Shown: positions 1 to 12,448 of the stretch, piece after piece
Position numbering within the stretch: position 1 is the first letter of the stretch
How the letters are laid out: each line of letters opens with the position of its first letter
Source: Octopus bimaculoides
Lineage: Eukaryota
Length of the DNA: 44,319 nt
NCBI RefSeq assembly: GCF_001194135.2
Contig: NC_068981.1
Location: 29,053,896 to 29,098,214 of the forward strand
Direction: 5' to 3'
Notes under the pieces: generated by a model
Databases searched by the model: none
Told to the model about the DNA's origin: nothing
Seen by the model: only the letters and a program-made list of their open reading frames with translations
Position numbers and translations under genes: made by a program

Positions 1-178
1 TATATATGTGTATAAATGTATGTGTTTGTTTGTCCTCTCCCACCATCACTTGACAACCGATGTGCGTGTGTTTACGTCTCCGTAACTTAACGGTTCTGCA
101 TAAGAAACCGATAGAATGAGTACTGAGCTTACAAATAAGCCCTGGAATCAATTTGTTCGACTAAGGCGGTGCACCAGA
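1..178 (+). mobile_element. 3' half of bipartite tRNA-derived SINE (octopus OR-like family), degenerate
   Basis: Matches the reverse complement of the copies at 12231-12448 and 42803-43010 (cttgacaaccgatg..gtgtttacgtc..cgtaactta..gatagaatgagtact..cgactaaggcggtgc). It begins directly after a TA/TG microsatellite. Confidence 0.8.
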
Positions 179-704
179 AGTTCATTAAATCACATCATTT
201 CATCTTAACAAAACAGAGACAGATTCGGTTAAATAGTCCTAGTTTCACGATGTCTGAAATAGCAAGAGAAACGCTACCCTCCCCCCACACGCACTCAGCC
301 GTCTGAAATATAAAATTGGGATGGGCACTGCAAAGAAAATCTTTGATGCGAGCTGGCCTGGTTCAAAGCAAAAACAACAATTTATTCTCTGGTCACATTA
401 CCTCATTACTCAATGCCGCATTTTATATCTTCTTTTTGTTCACATTATCAGTATTCCTGCATACTATGTTTTCTGTAGTTTTGAGTTTTTCCATACATTT
501 CTCTGTATACTCGCTTACATATTCGACCTCCCTCACAGTCTATTTACAACAATATCATACCAGTTGCTCATATTGTCCACTACCTATTCACTCATTCTCA
601 TGTTCTTTTCATTCTGAATCACTATTCAATCTTAGATATTTTCTATTTTCTCGTTATGTTATTCACACACTACTAAAATCTTTTGGAGTCGTATCTCTAA
701 TAAT

Positions 705-1820
705 ACGGACTTCAAAATTTGGGACACGACGTGCAATTTCGGGAACCGGATAAATGGATTATGTCGATCTAACTGTTCATATGGTGCTTATTTTATCGAC
801 CCCCAAAGTATGTAAGGAAAAGTTGACCCCGTTGGCATTTGACCTCAGAACGGAAGGTAGGAAGAAATTGGTGAATATTTTGACATGTTTTCAACCACGA
901 AAATCTGACGGATGTAAAAACTGTGCCTACATTTCGCATAAAAATAAAACAGGATTTCAACGATAATACTTCGACCGTAACACCTTTCCCATTTGTATAG
1001 TAGAATCTAAACTTTTATTCACATACTGGTTTGCCGATGACTGAATTCTTCGTTTTGTTTACTTGATTTCAAATTTGATACAAAAAGTACCCAAGAAAGG
1101 ACAATATAGAAAAGTCTAAAATAAACACGAAACAAAAACTGTCACATAAATTATACTTTAAAACCAATCTATTTACTTTTCAAATTGGGACACAAGGCCA
1201 GCAATTTTGGAGTTCGAGCTCAGTTTTAAATTGGTACTTATTTTATTGACCCTGAAAGAATGAAAAACAAAGTCGACCATGACGGAATTTCAACTCAGAG
1301 CGTAAAGACAGACGAAATGCCTCGCTGCATTTTGCCCAGTGGGGTAAGAATTCTGCCAAGCTCGCCGCCTTAATCTGTTTACTTATATTGGTTTCAAATT
1401 TTGGGACAAGGTGAGCTATTTCACGGGGTGGGGAGCAAGCCGATTACATCGACCCCAGTGTCCATCTGCTACTTATTTTGTGGACCCGGAAATGATGAAA
1501 GACATAGTCGACCTTGGAGGAACTTGAACTCAGAACGTAAAAATTAACGAAATGCCGCACAGCATTTTCTCCGGAGGGCTACTGATTCTTATTACTTTAT
1601 TGCCCACAAGGGGCTAAACATAGAGGGAACAAACAGGGACAGACAAAGGGATTAAGTCGATTACATCGACCCCAGTGCGTAACTGGTACTTAATTCATCG
1701 ACCCCGAAAGGATAAAAAGCAAAGTCGATCTCGGCGGAATTTGAACTCAGAACATAACGGCAGACGAAATACCGCTAAGTATTTCGCCCGGCGTGCTAAC
1801 GCTTCAGCCAACTCGCCGCC
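705..1820 (-). mobile_element. Head-to-tail array of about 4-5 tRNA-derived SINE copies with a Deu/Nin-like central domain
   Basis: The motif atcgaccc..aaaggat..aaagtcgac..cggaatttgaactcagaacgtaa recurs at about 795, 1245, 1480 and 1700. The most intact copy is ~1593-1820, with a tRNA-like head (ggcggcgagttggctgaagcgttagc) and a B-box-like gagttcaaattcc on the minus strand. Confidence 0.85.
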
Positions 1821-1903
1821 TTAATCCGTTTAATTGTATAGCTATGCTGAAGTGAGAATAATCTTTGATTATTATAATTAGTGGTATGATTAAAATTTCG
1901 CGA

Positions 1904-1952
1904 GAATTTCAAATTTGCAGGATTTTCAAATTTGCAGAATTTTCAAATTTAC
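1904..1952. repeat. 17-bp minisatellite, ~3 copies (attttcaaatttgcag-type unit)
   Basis: gaatttcaaatttgcag gattttcaaatttgcag aattttcaaatttacg, read directly. Confidence 0.8.
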
Positions 1953-2146
1953 GTGCGGGTGACACGTAAAAGCACCCACTACACTCTCTGAGTGGTTGGC
2001 GTTAGGAAGGGCATCCAGCTGTAGAAACTCTGCCAAATTAGATTGGAGCCTGGTGTTGCCATCCGGTTTCACCAGTCCTCAGTCAAATCGTCCAACCCAT
2101 GCTAGCATGGAAGGCGGACGTTAAACGACGATGATGATGATGATGA
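1953..2146 (+). mobile_element. 3' fragment of a non-autonomous retroposon with an RTE-like tail ending in (GAT)n
   Basis: ggcgttaggaagggcatccagctgtagaaa...tcgtccaacccatgctagcatggaa..ggacgttaaacgacgatgatgatg resembles RTE-associated SINE/LINE 3' ends (from recall, not searched). Confidence 0.6.
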
Positions 2147-2945
2147 CGTGATAAGACTCAGGTTCTCCAGAGTGCTTAGATTTACTCTCATGACTAACTC
2201 TTATGTATTAAAGGAAGTTGTAGCAAATGATTATAAAATTCAGAGTTCTTCCTGATTATCGTTATTGATGCAGTTGATATTCAGCTTCAGATTCTGTTGA
2301 TCACTGTTTCAAACGACCGCATGAAAGCTTGTCATAGAGTAAACTGGACTACAAGTGTCCAGGGACTGAGTTATTGTTATTGATTGCTGCTAGTATTGTT
2401 GTTGTTATTGTAGCAGACGTCGACGTTGATCAGATGTAATACAGTTATAATCATACAACTTTTTGAGGCTATTCTACAATCTCTCTTATCCGTTTTAGGT
2501 TGTATGGTTACATTTGAAGGAAGGATGTCTTTACTTTTAGAGGTATTGTGATCACTTTGAGTCTCTCTCATTGGTGATAAAACGCATGGTATTTCAGTAG
2601 TTATGGCAACGAAGTTCTATTACGAGGCAATGCATTATGGGTTAGCATAAAAGCTCCACACAGGAAATCCTCTCAAGATAATAGTATCTAGCTAATATCC
2701 AAACGCACCCTAAGCTAGAACCTTTCAAAAGCAACATATTGTGCATTAAACTTTTAACTATCAATGTTGGTTTTCTAATTATGCCACACTCTTCGTGAAC
2801 GCCGACCAGAAGCAAGATAAACGAAATATAATGCAACACAGACAGAGTCACCGTCATTCAACGATTGTTCATCTCGAAGAATGGGTTCCGTGACATTGAA
2901 ACGTCGATATTATGGAATCCTAATTCATAAACACGCAATACCAAT

Positions 2946-2968
2946 ATAATAATAATAACAATAATAAC

Positions 2969-3010
<42 letters not shown>
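2946..3010. repeat. (TAA)n microsatellite
   Basis: Read directly. Confidence 0.95.
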
Positions 3011-3011
<1 letters not shown>

Positions 3012-3522
3012 GACGGCGAGAAAATAAATATCGAAAAATCAGATATAAATAATCTATAGAAATAACCGCTACAAAATCATGTTTTTAATAAGATATCTAG
3101 TTGAAAACAAAGGAGCGACAATATTCAGGAAAACTCTTTCAGCTTATCAAGTGAACAAGCAATTTTTCTATTTATTAATATACTTTTTTTTTTCCCATAC
3201 TTCAACAAAATATTTCTCCCTTAACAATTATATCACTGGCTGACATGACAGCCACAACAACAATAACAACATTAACAACTCCAGCGACCATTATAAGAAA
3301 ATCTAAGACAACTGTGACAATAATATCGCCAGTGAATGATCTCAAAAATAAATACCTTTTTAACAATGTTGTTATGATATTGTAATAGGTTTTACTTGCT
3401 CGTATCTTCGTCAGATTGTGGTACTGAATAAATATCTCAGTCTGAACGTGTCTGTTTGTGTATGTATGTTATGTATGTGTTTGTGTATATATATGTGTTC
3501 GTGCGTATGTTGTGTGTGCGCA

Positions 3523-3553
<31 letters not shown>

Positions 3554-4490
3554 GTGTGAGTGTAAATATGTATATGTATGTGTGCAAAAGTGTGTCAAGA
3601 GTGTACTTGGAAGTGAAAAATGTACGTATGCATGAATATAAAAACACACACACATACATACATATATATGCATGTATATATCTCTCTCTTTCTCTCTCTC
3701 TCTCTTCTCCCCTCTCTCTCTCTCTTTCCCTCTCTATATATATGTATGAGTGTAGGCATTACACACACACATATATATATGCACACAGACGCACACATAC
3801 CCATATATATATATATATGTGATGACGCATATATTTCTTCCATATACGCGTGTGAACGAGTTTAGTGTCTACGGATTTGTTTACACGTCTACGCGCATAC
3901 TTGTTCGCTTTCTACTGTGTCTGTGCTCTTCTTTGAATAGATAAGTCTGCGGGTGCCTAATATATATATATATATATATATATATANNNNNNNNNNNNNN
4001 NNNNNNNNNNNNNNNNNNNNNNNNNNNNNNNNNNNNNNNNNNNNNNNNNNNNNNNNNNNNNNNNNNNNNNNNNNNNNNNNNNNNNNNNNNNNNNNNNNNN
4101 NNNNNNNNNNNNNNNNNNNNNNNNNNNNNNNNNNNNNNNNNNNNNNNNNNNNNNNNNNNNNNNNNNNNNNNNNNNNNNNNNNNNNNNNNNNNNNNNNNNN
4201 NNNNNNNNNNNNNNNNNNNNNNNNNNNNNNNNNNNNNNNNNNNNNNNNNNNNNNNNNNNNNNNNNNNNNNNNNNNNNNNNNNNNNNNNNNNNNNNNNNNN
4301 NNNNNNNNNNNNNNNNNNNNNNNNNNNNNNNNNNNNNNNNNNNNNNNNNNNNNNNNNNNNNNNNNNNNNNNNNNNNNNNNNNNNNNNNNNNNNNNNNNNN
4401 NNNNNNNNNNNNNNNNNNNNNNNNNNNNNNNNNNNNNNNNNNNNNNNNNNNNNNNNNNNNNNNNNNNNNNNNNNNNNNNNNNNNNNNNNN

Positions 4491-4528
<38 letters not shown>

Positions 4529-5036
4529 GTATGTACGTGTATCATGTTCACTTCCTGCATGTGCTCGTATGTGTGTATCGGTGTGATGAAAAGACCAAGA
4601 TATATCTTGTTTTGTAGTCCTGAAGTCTGTTGTAATCCAATAATGAAGATAACACAGGGGTTGAACCGAAGACGTCACACGCCACCTCACTACATATTGT
4701 CCAGTTGATAACCCGTTAGTGGTGTAGAGTGAAACACAAGTAAAATGCTTGCTAAAGAGGCGCCAAAATCGCTGTTATCGACAGGATTCCTATTGTGGAA
4801 AGACTACAGATATACTGACAGGCAGAGTGTGTAAGTTGAATAATTGAAATAATATTGCACGAAAACGAGTACAGCAATGGCGGAGAACAATAGATGGATA
4901 ACATGAGAGTGTGGAGCAAACAAAATCTCTCAATATCTATCTAAGAGTAAGAATGGAGAGTGGTTCATGACTATATATACTACATATAAATATACTGATG
5001 TACCTGTGTATACATGTGTACGTGTGCCTCAATATA

Positions 5037-5038
5037 AA

Positions 5039-5107
<69 letters not shown>

Positions 5108-5164
5108 GTATGTATATATATATGTGTGCGTGTGTGTGTATGTGTGTGTGTGCGTATGTGTATA

Positions 5165-5215
<51 letters not shown>

Positions 5216-5240
5216 ATATAAATATATATATATATATACA
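5037..5240. repeat. Compound microsatellite (TC)n-(TG)n-(TCTA)n-(TA)n
   Basis: Read directly. Confidence 0.95.
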
Positions 5241-5676
5241 AGAATAAGGGCAGAGAATCGTCAATTAATAATAGAATTAATAATTAACAATTTTGCCAAG
5301 TAGTTCAGTATGAAAAAAACCTTTATCGGTAGAACTATTTATCATCATAAATATACAGGGATTAGCAATTGAGTTGCTTCTCCAACATACNNNNNNNNNN
5401 NNNNNNNNNNNNNNNNNNNNNNNNNNNNNNNNNNNNNNNNNNNNNNNNNNNNNNNNNNNNNNNNNNNNNNNNNNNNNNNNNNNNNNNNNNNNNNNNNNNN
5501 NNNNNNNNNNNNNNNNNNNNNNNNNNNNNNNNNNNNNNNNNNNNNNNNNNNNNNNNNNNNNNNNNNNNNNNNNNNNNNNNNNNNNNNNNNNNNNNNNNNN
5601 NNNNNNNNNNNNNNNNNNNNNNNNNNNNNNNNNNNNNNNNNNNNNNNNNNNNNNNNNNNNNNNNNNNNNNNNNNNN

Positions 5677-5679
<3 letters not shown>

Positions 5680-5707
<28 letters not shown>

Positions 5708-6552
5708 TACACATACATTCTTGCATACATGTATATATGATGTGTATGTATTTGTATATAATATGAAGGTATGCCTGTATGCGTGTGTGTGTGTCTGTGT
5801 GTTTGTGCCTGTGTGTGTATACATAAAGAAGGTAGTTATAGATAAGCGTATGCATGAATGTACGAATCAATGTATTCGCGTAAGAATATATGCATGTATG
5901 CATGCATGCATGCATGTATGTATGTATGTATGTATGTATTATGTATGTATGTGTGTGTATGTGTGTATGTGTGTGTGTGTGTGCGTGTGTTACTACTGTG
6001 TGAGATATCAAATGTTTCAACGTCATTCAATTTTACAAGCACAAGATATTCAAGTCACTGTATGAAACCAATAGAAGCTCTATCCATAAATGTCTGGCTT
6101 TACATATCTATATCTGGGTATGTGTATATGGCCGTGTGCACGTTTGTGTGCGTACGCGCGCGTGTATGTGTTCCTGTGTCTGCTTTTCTGTGTCTATTTC
6201 GTATTTCTATTTCATTGTATGTATACATGTTTGTATGTTTGTACTTATGTACTATGTATGTATGTGTGTATGTATGTATGTACGTATGTATGTATGTATG
6301 TATGTTTGGATGTATGCATACATATGTATGAATGTATGTATGCATGTATGTATGTATGTATGTATGTATGTATGTATGTCATGGGCCCATTCAGTTTGCG
6401 GTGCTTCTAAAGATAATATAGACTTAAAGGATGCCTTATTTTACCTTGTGTTACATACATGCGTGCACACACACACACACACACAGAAACACACAAACAT
6501 GCATAAACATAATCACACGTGCGTATACAGTCACACGCATACACACGCACAC

Positions 6553-6601
<49 letters not shown>

Positions 6602-6736
6602 CATGCACAAACACGCATACATACATACATACACACACACACATACATACATACATACATACATACATACATACATACATACAATCCTTAGAAGGGTAAT
6701 CCAGGAGGAACATATAGCAATAGAATGACAGAATGA

Positions 6737-6769
<33 letters not shown>

Positions 6770-6850
6770 GTGAGAGAGAGAGAGACAGACAGACAGAGTG
6801 AGAGAGAGAGAGAGTGACGGTAAAGAAAGTGAAGAGAGAGACAGAGAAGG
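5680..6850. repeat. Extended compound microsatellite field (TATG/CATA, CA, TA, GA, GACA)
   Basis: Read directly. It explains the YVCM/HTYI-type pseudo-ORFs in the track. Confidence 0.9.
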
Positions 6851-7178
6851 AAACAGATTGCGGGTAGGGTAGGAGAGATTATAAAAGGATAGACATACTT
6901 GCATATGTATATAGCCAGACAAAGAGGTTGACACGACATAGATAGTTAATTAGATATCGTCCTTAAAGGAATCCGTTGAAAGACGATGACAACATAGATC
7001 CATTTTATGTTGCTTATTCCTCACGTTTCTTGTTTATCTCTTTCACTCTGTCACACACTTTTTCTCCTTCTCGGCCTCTCTCTCTCTCTCTCTCTCTCTT
7101 CTTTTTTTTTCTGCTTCTGTCTAATCACTCTATCGCTGTCTTTTCAACCATTCTTACGGATTTATTCAGTTTCTTTAC

Positions 7179-7265
7179 CTGCCACATCTCATGGCTGCAC
7201 CGGCTAAGACGCTGCTCATCACCTCCTTCCGTGTCATCAGAGATGGTCACTTCGTTACAAACATT
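7179..7265 (-). CDS. Candidate isolated 87-nt phase 0-0 exon (NVCNEVTISDDTEGGDEQRLSRCSHEMWQ), unknown gene
   Basis: Locally GC-richer, open in frame 0, bounded by cctgtcag| and CAG|gtaaag. The polypyrimidine tract is weak and no homolog was recognised. Confidence 0.2.
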
Positions 7266-7854
7266 CTGACAGGATCCTTAATTTCTCTTCACATCCCAGG
7301 GTTTTATTATCGCATCCATTAGAATATTCTCATGCCCCGTGAGCTTTCATGCGTTATTCGATGTTCATATTTATAGAATTTAACGTTGTTATTATATAAT
7401 ATGATGTCTCTGCGAGAATTTGCCATATGAGAGTGTGTAGAAATGCAATATCGCAGTTGTGGTGTAAACATAAATCTCATGATTGATGATATTGCTTTTT
7501 AACTGAATCAAGGCGTTTTGCACTTTGACAGTGCAAAATACCTTCTAGTTATTTCTTCTGTCCTTTTACCTTCCGAGTTCTAATCCAATCACGGTCAACA
7601 TTGCATTTCCTTCTTAAGGTGTTGATAAATAAATTTCGTATCAAGTACTGAGTCCGAAGGTATCAAGCAGCCTCATCCCTCAAAGTTGTTGGTTTTATGC
7701 CTAAAATCAGAAAACTATTATCATTATTAGCGACTAAATTGTTGCAGTGGCAAAAATAATGACTTCCGGCATTTGCTCAATCCTGCCAACTCAAACTTTG
7801 CTTTCATATGCTTCGATAAAATAAAGTAACAGACGATAACATCAATTATAATTC

Positions 7855-8173
7855 AGAAAATAACGGGACATAACTTAATGTCCGTGGAGAAGATATCCCA
7901 AGAACCGCTGGATGGATTCGAATGAAACTTTCAGGGATGTTTGGCCTTGTGACTGGTACAAATTCATTAGATTTGGGGATTGATCTGATACCAGACAAAG
8001 ATTCTGGATTATTTTTCCAGTCTACTTTTTACTTAATTTTTGAGAGCGGTCGGGTTCATTATTAGTATTCTCATTTATGAGAGTAGTTGATATTCTCATT
8101 TAAAAAATAATCACTGGCTAATCGTTGAGAAGATGTTAGTGTTGCCTTGGTGGATGTTTGTGCTCTCTGAGTG
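7855..8173 (+). mobile_element. Helentron-associated non-autonomous element (HINE/DINE-1-like), 5' truncated
   Basis: Internal gaaccgctggatggattcgaatgaaactttcaggg and terminal gccttggtggatgtttgtgctctctgagtg resemble the ccttggcggaggtctgcgctctctgagtgc end typical of HINEs (from recall). Confidence 0.6.
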
Positions 8174-8259
8174 TTGTTGTTGTTGTTATTATTATTATTA
8201 TGTTGTTTTCTTTATTCTTTCTTTAAATTTTCTTCCATTTCTCGCCGAGTATTTTCCGT

Positions 8260-8812
8260 ACACCTAGGGCAGAGAAGCTCATTGTATGCATTCCCAGTTT
8301 ACACACGCAAATTCACAGGTAAAATATGTATTTAAAAAGAATAAATAAATAAATAAATTCATGAATGGATGTTGTTTTCACAGGGATAATGCTCTTCTCA
8401 GTACACGAGTTGTTCCAGTTAACACGATTTTTTGCAATTCCTGTAGGTTTCAGTACCTTTTTTTTAATCATTCCTAGAGATCCTATAATCAGTTTTTGGT
8501 AGGTCTTGACAGATACATTTATGCCGATTGGGACAACCATATCAATGAGGAGGCATGATTTTTGCCTGAAGTCTTTCTGGCCTATTCGCATCTGTCTTTC
8601 CGTCAGTTTGAAAGGTGAAGTTCCAGAGGAGTGAGATGTGATCATTTTCAAGCACTGGAGGTGGTTTGTGTTCCCAGCAGTATTTATCACGGGGCTGGTC
8701 CAGGTTTTTGCAAATTACCCAGTGAATATATTGTGCTGCTCTATCATGCTTGTTGAGATACTCTGTAGGTGCAAGGAGACAGTACATGGAGACAACATGA
8801 TCAATGGTTTCA
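8260..8812 (-). mobile_element. R4/Dong-like non-LTR retrotransposon 3' fragment (copy c): zinc-knuckle tail plus RLE, frameshifted
   Basis: ORF 8542-8787 (LAPTEYLNKHDRAAQYIHW..ENDHISLLWNFTFQTDGKTDANRP) and ORF 8313-8690 (LLIDMVVP..IIGSLGMIKK..GIAK) match the restriction-like endonuclease C-terminus. Confidence 0.85.
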
Positions 8813-8839
8813 TTTTGTTTGTTTGTTGTTGTTGATGAT

Positions 8840-9690
8840 GTTTTGATTCTCGCTGTTCTATTTGCAGTTGTTCTTTACTTGAAAGCAGGCAATAACAAAC
8901 CACAAAAAGTTTCAAGTAGTGCCTTCTCCTGTGACTCAAAGAGACAATGCTCTCCTTAGAATGTGAGCTGTACCCAACAATGCTGTCTTCTGGATCATCT
9001 CGGGCCTGACAGCAGCTCCAATATTCTTAATATGTTTCTCAAACTCTTGGAAACTGCTCCTGATGCTCCAGTTACCACCGGTATCACCTTTAGCTTCCTC
9101 ATGCTCCATAAATTTCCTATCTCGTCCCGCAGGGGCTGGCATTTCTCACCCTTTTCTGTTTCCTTACATATCACCCTCGAATCGCCTGGTATTGCAACAT
9201 CTATTATCTTTACTTCTTTTGCATTTGTATGGATGATCACGATATCTGGCCATCTCTCCTCTATGACTTGGTCACACTGTATTTTAAAATCCCAGAATAT
9301 TTTGAAATGATCATTTTCCATTACTTCCTCTGGCTTGTGTTCATATTATTGTTCGGCTCTCTCGAGGTTTGCCAGCGGAAATATCTGGCCACATTGTCGT
9401 ATCTCCTTTTGTATTCGCATTGTGCGAGTTTACAGCACTCACTAACAATATGGCTTATACTTTCTTCTTTCTCAGAGCACATCCTACACTGTAGCGAGTG
9501 AGTGCTTTTATCAATGTGATATTTGGAGCAGTTTGTTCTGAGAGCTTGTTCTTGAGCGCTGCACACTAATACCTTATCTTTATTCTTCTAGAACTGACTG
9601 TGCATTTTCTTGCCCTGCCAAATTTTCTTCATCTGCTTTCTTTGGTCTTTCTTAAATCGTGTTGGATCAACTGCTTCGCTCACTTTTGTC
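8840..9690 (-). mobile_element. R4/Dong-like non-LTR retrotransposon 3' fragment (copy b): CCHC zinc knuckle plus PD-D RLE, frameshifted
   Basis: ORF 9321-9566 (CRMCSEKEESISHIVSECCKLAQCEYKRRYDNVARY), ORF 8995-9321 (KIFWDFKIQCDQVIEERWPDIVII..KIIDVAIPGD..KETEK..VIPVVTGASG) and ORF 8936-9142 (QKTALLGTAHILRRALSL). Confidence 0.92.
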
Positions 9691-9700
9691 ATCGTCATCG

Positions 9701-9737
<37 letters not shown>

Positions 9738-9744
9738 TATTATA

Positions 9745-10130
9745 TCTGACTTACTTAAATTCTTGCTGCAGATGTCATTAATGTGCCAACTGTTCCCTGT
9801 AGTAAGATGGTATGTTCACTTCACCTCTCGAAGACTGTTGAGTAACGTGTTTTCTAGATACGTTATATTTTCATTTTTATTCATATCTTTTCCAACCACT
9901 TTTCAATTTCTTTTGCTCACTGTACCTGGAGCACCAACAATAATTGGCGCAATACACCTTTCTCATCGACTGTAGGTATTTCTTTTTGAAATTCCTTCAG
10001 AGCGTCATATATCCCAGTTTTTACCTACTTTTTCGGCAATTCTGCTATCTCTTCGCAGTGTTTATGATCAAGCACAACATTTCTTCCTTGTCTACCAGCA
10101 CAGTATCGAATTTCCGATGTTTGATTCCAT
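9745..10130 (-). mobile_element. R4/Dong-like RLE 3' fragment (copy a), more decayed
   Basis: Manual minus-strand translation gives fragments such as FDTVLVDKEEMLCLII and IIVGAPGTVSK, homologous to the RLE end of copy b. It ends in a (GAT)n tail at ~9690-9740. Confidence 0.65.
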
Positions 10131-12230
10131 GCTTAAATGCTCTTATATAGTCTCAGATACGCATGCGTGGCAACCAGAAAACTGCTGATATAACTGTACA
10201 CAGCATGGCCTCAAGAGATTCTATTAAAGATTGTCTTAGGCTAAGCAACAACAGCGACACCAGATAACGATATTGACCTCACACTAAGTGTTTGACTAAG
10301 GACAAACAATGCCGATATAGATAAGTTCATTGGCAAATATAACAAATATGAAATATAACAAAGATTGAGAACATATTGAAGATTAGCGCCGGCACAAAAT
10401 ATTTAAATTTAAATTTAAATATTTAAATTTAATTCAATTCGTGTAGCATGTGGAGATATTTTACATTTTAGTGCTATGCTTTTCTCCAAACAGATGTGAA
10501 TGGAATATGACATTGATGATTCAGTATGATTTTCGAAATTTTTACCAAGACAAAATACCTCCTGAGCTGAATTGCAAGGATATTGTTGTAATCTTACGTT
10601 CCTATTCAAACTAGCGCTAGAATAGTTTATTTGAAACTAGGATCGCTGTAATTTTTGTAATGCTGTGCAACAAATATGAAGCAAGAAGCAAAAGGTTGTT
10701 CCAGAAATCCGCATACAATTCTATATATGAATGTCTGCGACAGAGGGATTTGGGTTCTTCACAAACAGAATGTGACAACTGACCTGTTCTACTGGAATGT
10801 CAAGGGTAAATTGAATAAAAGCTCACGGCAGGACAGTAAAAAAAAATAATAATAAAAAATTACCGCTAGTGCGAGAATTTGCGTTTCGATCATAAAGATA
10901 TTAGATATGCCAGGAATTTATTTTATGATGTAGTCACAGTAGTCACTGTGTTCGAGGAATTTTGCACTCCGATCTCTTCTAGTCTGGTGAGGGTAATGCA
11001 GTTTAGTCTGTACGTTTGTAGGTCAATATTTGCAAGAAAAGTGTGAGTAAAGACTAAGTGTAATTTAAAGGCTGTAGCTAAAACAAACTGGTACCATTAT
11101 AAAATGTTTTTGAAAGATAAACACAATACGTGATACACGTGGAAGCTTATTTAATAAAGATTTATGCAGAATAATAGAGACAATAGAATATGTTCCACTG
11201 ATTTTTCTTATATACGAAATATAAATATTTAAACAATAGTTATATCACTATATAATTATGATATGAATGAAGAAGGAGAATACTAAGAAAAAAACATGAT
11301 TGTACTTACTAAGTTTAAGTAGGCTGGAGGTAGAAAGAAAATAACATCATAGTGATCGATGGAATCAAAAAAAAATAATAATAAACGAAAAGCAACCAAT
11401 ATTTTTTTCTCCTTTCTCCGGTTTGTGAGATACATATACCATCATACATAACTCATATATTAATAATATGGTATGTAAGCAAAAATGAAATGCAGTACAA
11501 AGAAAATATATTCCAACCTAACGTCCAATATCTTTTCTGTTAACTGTAACAGAAGAAGGAAAAGATAATTGATTTTGGTTAGGTAGAGGTCCTGTATTTT
11601 ATATGCAGAGTCGATAACATAGACAAGTAGATGAAAATGTTCTTGTTTTATGTAAAGAATAGTTAAAAAGTAAAGTTTGTCCATCGAGATCTGAACTTGG
11701 TAATTATGGACAGAAGTAATTCAGCTATTGGACATAAACGAAAACAAGTTTTCTTCAAGTTGTCTTGAAGAAAACGAATATATATAATTAAAACTACGTT
11801 TGATGTACACTATAGATATTCTGGTTGGCAACTGGAAGGAACATTTCACGATACCACAATTTCAGAAACGAAAGCATAGTTTCTTTGACTCCATGTGTAG
11901 ACACTAGTTGATTGTATTTTCCACTGTTAGCCATTAAAATTACCAGTATCTCAAAGTGTTTGTCTTGTGCTCATCTCTATCAATATATTGCTATATGAGT
12001 TGTTGAAAGACACTAACCAACATCCTCTAAAATTTCGCATCGCCCCACCATTTTGGTAAATCAACAGTACTTCCTAACTTTTTAAGTATTTTAAATTAAA
12101 AAAATACAAAAGCATTTTTCCAAAACTATTCATAACTTTAACACCTGATACTTTATGGAAGTAGTTTTGCTTGCTGCAAATGTTTTATAACTGTTATACC
12201 AATGGTTTAATATATATGGTATTCATGAAT

Positions 12231-12448
12231 TACTCTCTTTTACTCTTTTACTCGTTTTAGTCCTTTCACTGCGGCCATGCTGGAGCACCGCCTTTTCGTC
12301 GATAAAATCGACCCCAGGACATATTCTTTGTAAGCCTAGTACTTATTCTATCGGTCTCTTTTTGCCGAAACGCTAAGTTACGGGGACGTAAACACACCAG
12401 CATCGGTTGTCAAGCGATGATGGGGGGACAAACACAGACACACAAACA
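12231..12448 (-). mobile_element. 3' half of bipartite OR-like SINE, running into an N-gap
   Basis: tactcttt..gcggccatgctggagcaccgcc..atcgaccccaggac..aagttacggggacgtaaacacaccagcatcggttgtcaagcg is near-identical to 42803-43010. Confidence 0.9.

Noticed and set aside
316-753. 145-aa hydrophobic ORF
   Set aside because: It needs a non-ATG start, has low-complexity AT/CT-rich composition, shows no recognisable motif and runs into a SINE.
1593-1820. tRNA-like A/B boxes suggesting a tRNA gene
   Set aside because: They are SINE heads followed by SINE body sequence, and no cloverleaf can be formed.
2448-2510. let-7-like sequence (taggttgtatggtt, matching the 3' part of let-7c) in a 14-bp stem
   Set aside because: The seed TGAGGTAG is absent, the match sits on the 3' arm, the stem is too short and the ~35-nt loop is unstructured. 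Most likely a coincidence.
3418-6934. Many 60-270 aa ORFs rich in YI, CV, HT and SL dipeptides
   Set aside because: These are translations of microsatellites and N-gaps, not genes. The same applies to every X-containing ORF in the track.
10397-10424. Perfect 28-bp AT-only palindrome
   Set aside because: It derives from (TTTAAA)n low-complexity sequence, which is expected in this genome.
10496-10617. Plus-strand exon-like open frame CEWNMTLMIQYDFRNFYQDKIPPELNCKDIVVILRSYSN*
   Set aside because: There is no strong donor or homology. Similar short AG/GT-bounded candidates (10291-10303, 25018-25043, 25312-25320, 28490-28518, 40898-40910) occur on both strands, which shows a high chance background.
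1900-10880. Recurrent 10-mer gcgagaattt at ~1900, 7412 and 10871
   Set aside because: It resembles a decayed SINE motif (gcggaatttg). There is no evidence of a distinct regulatory code.
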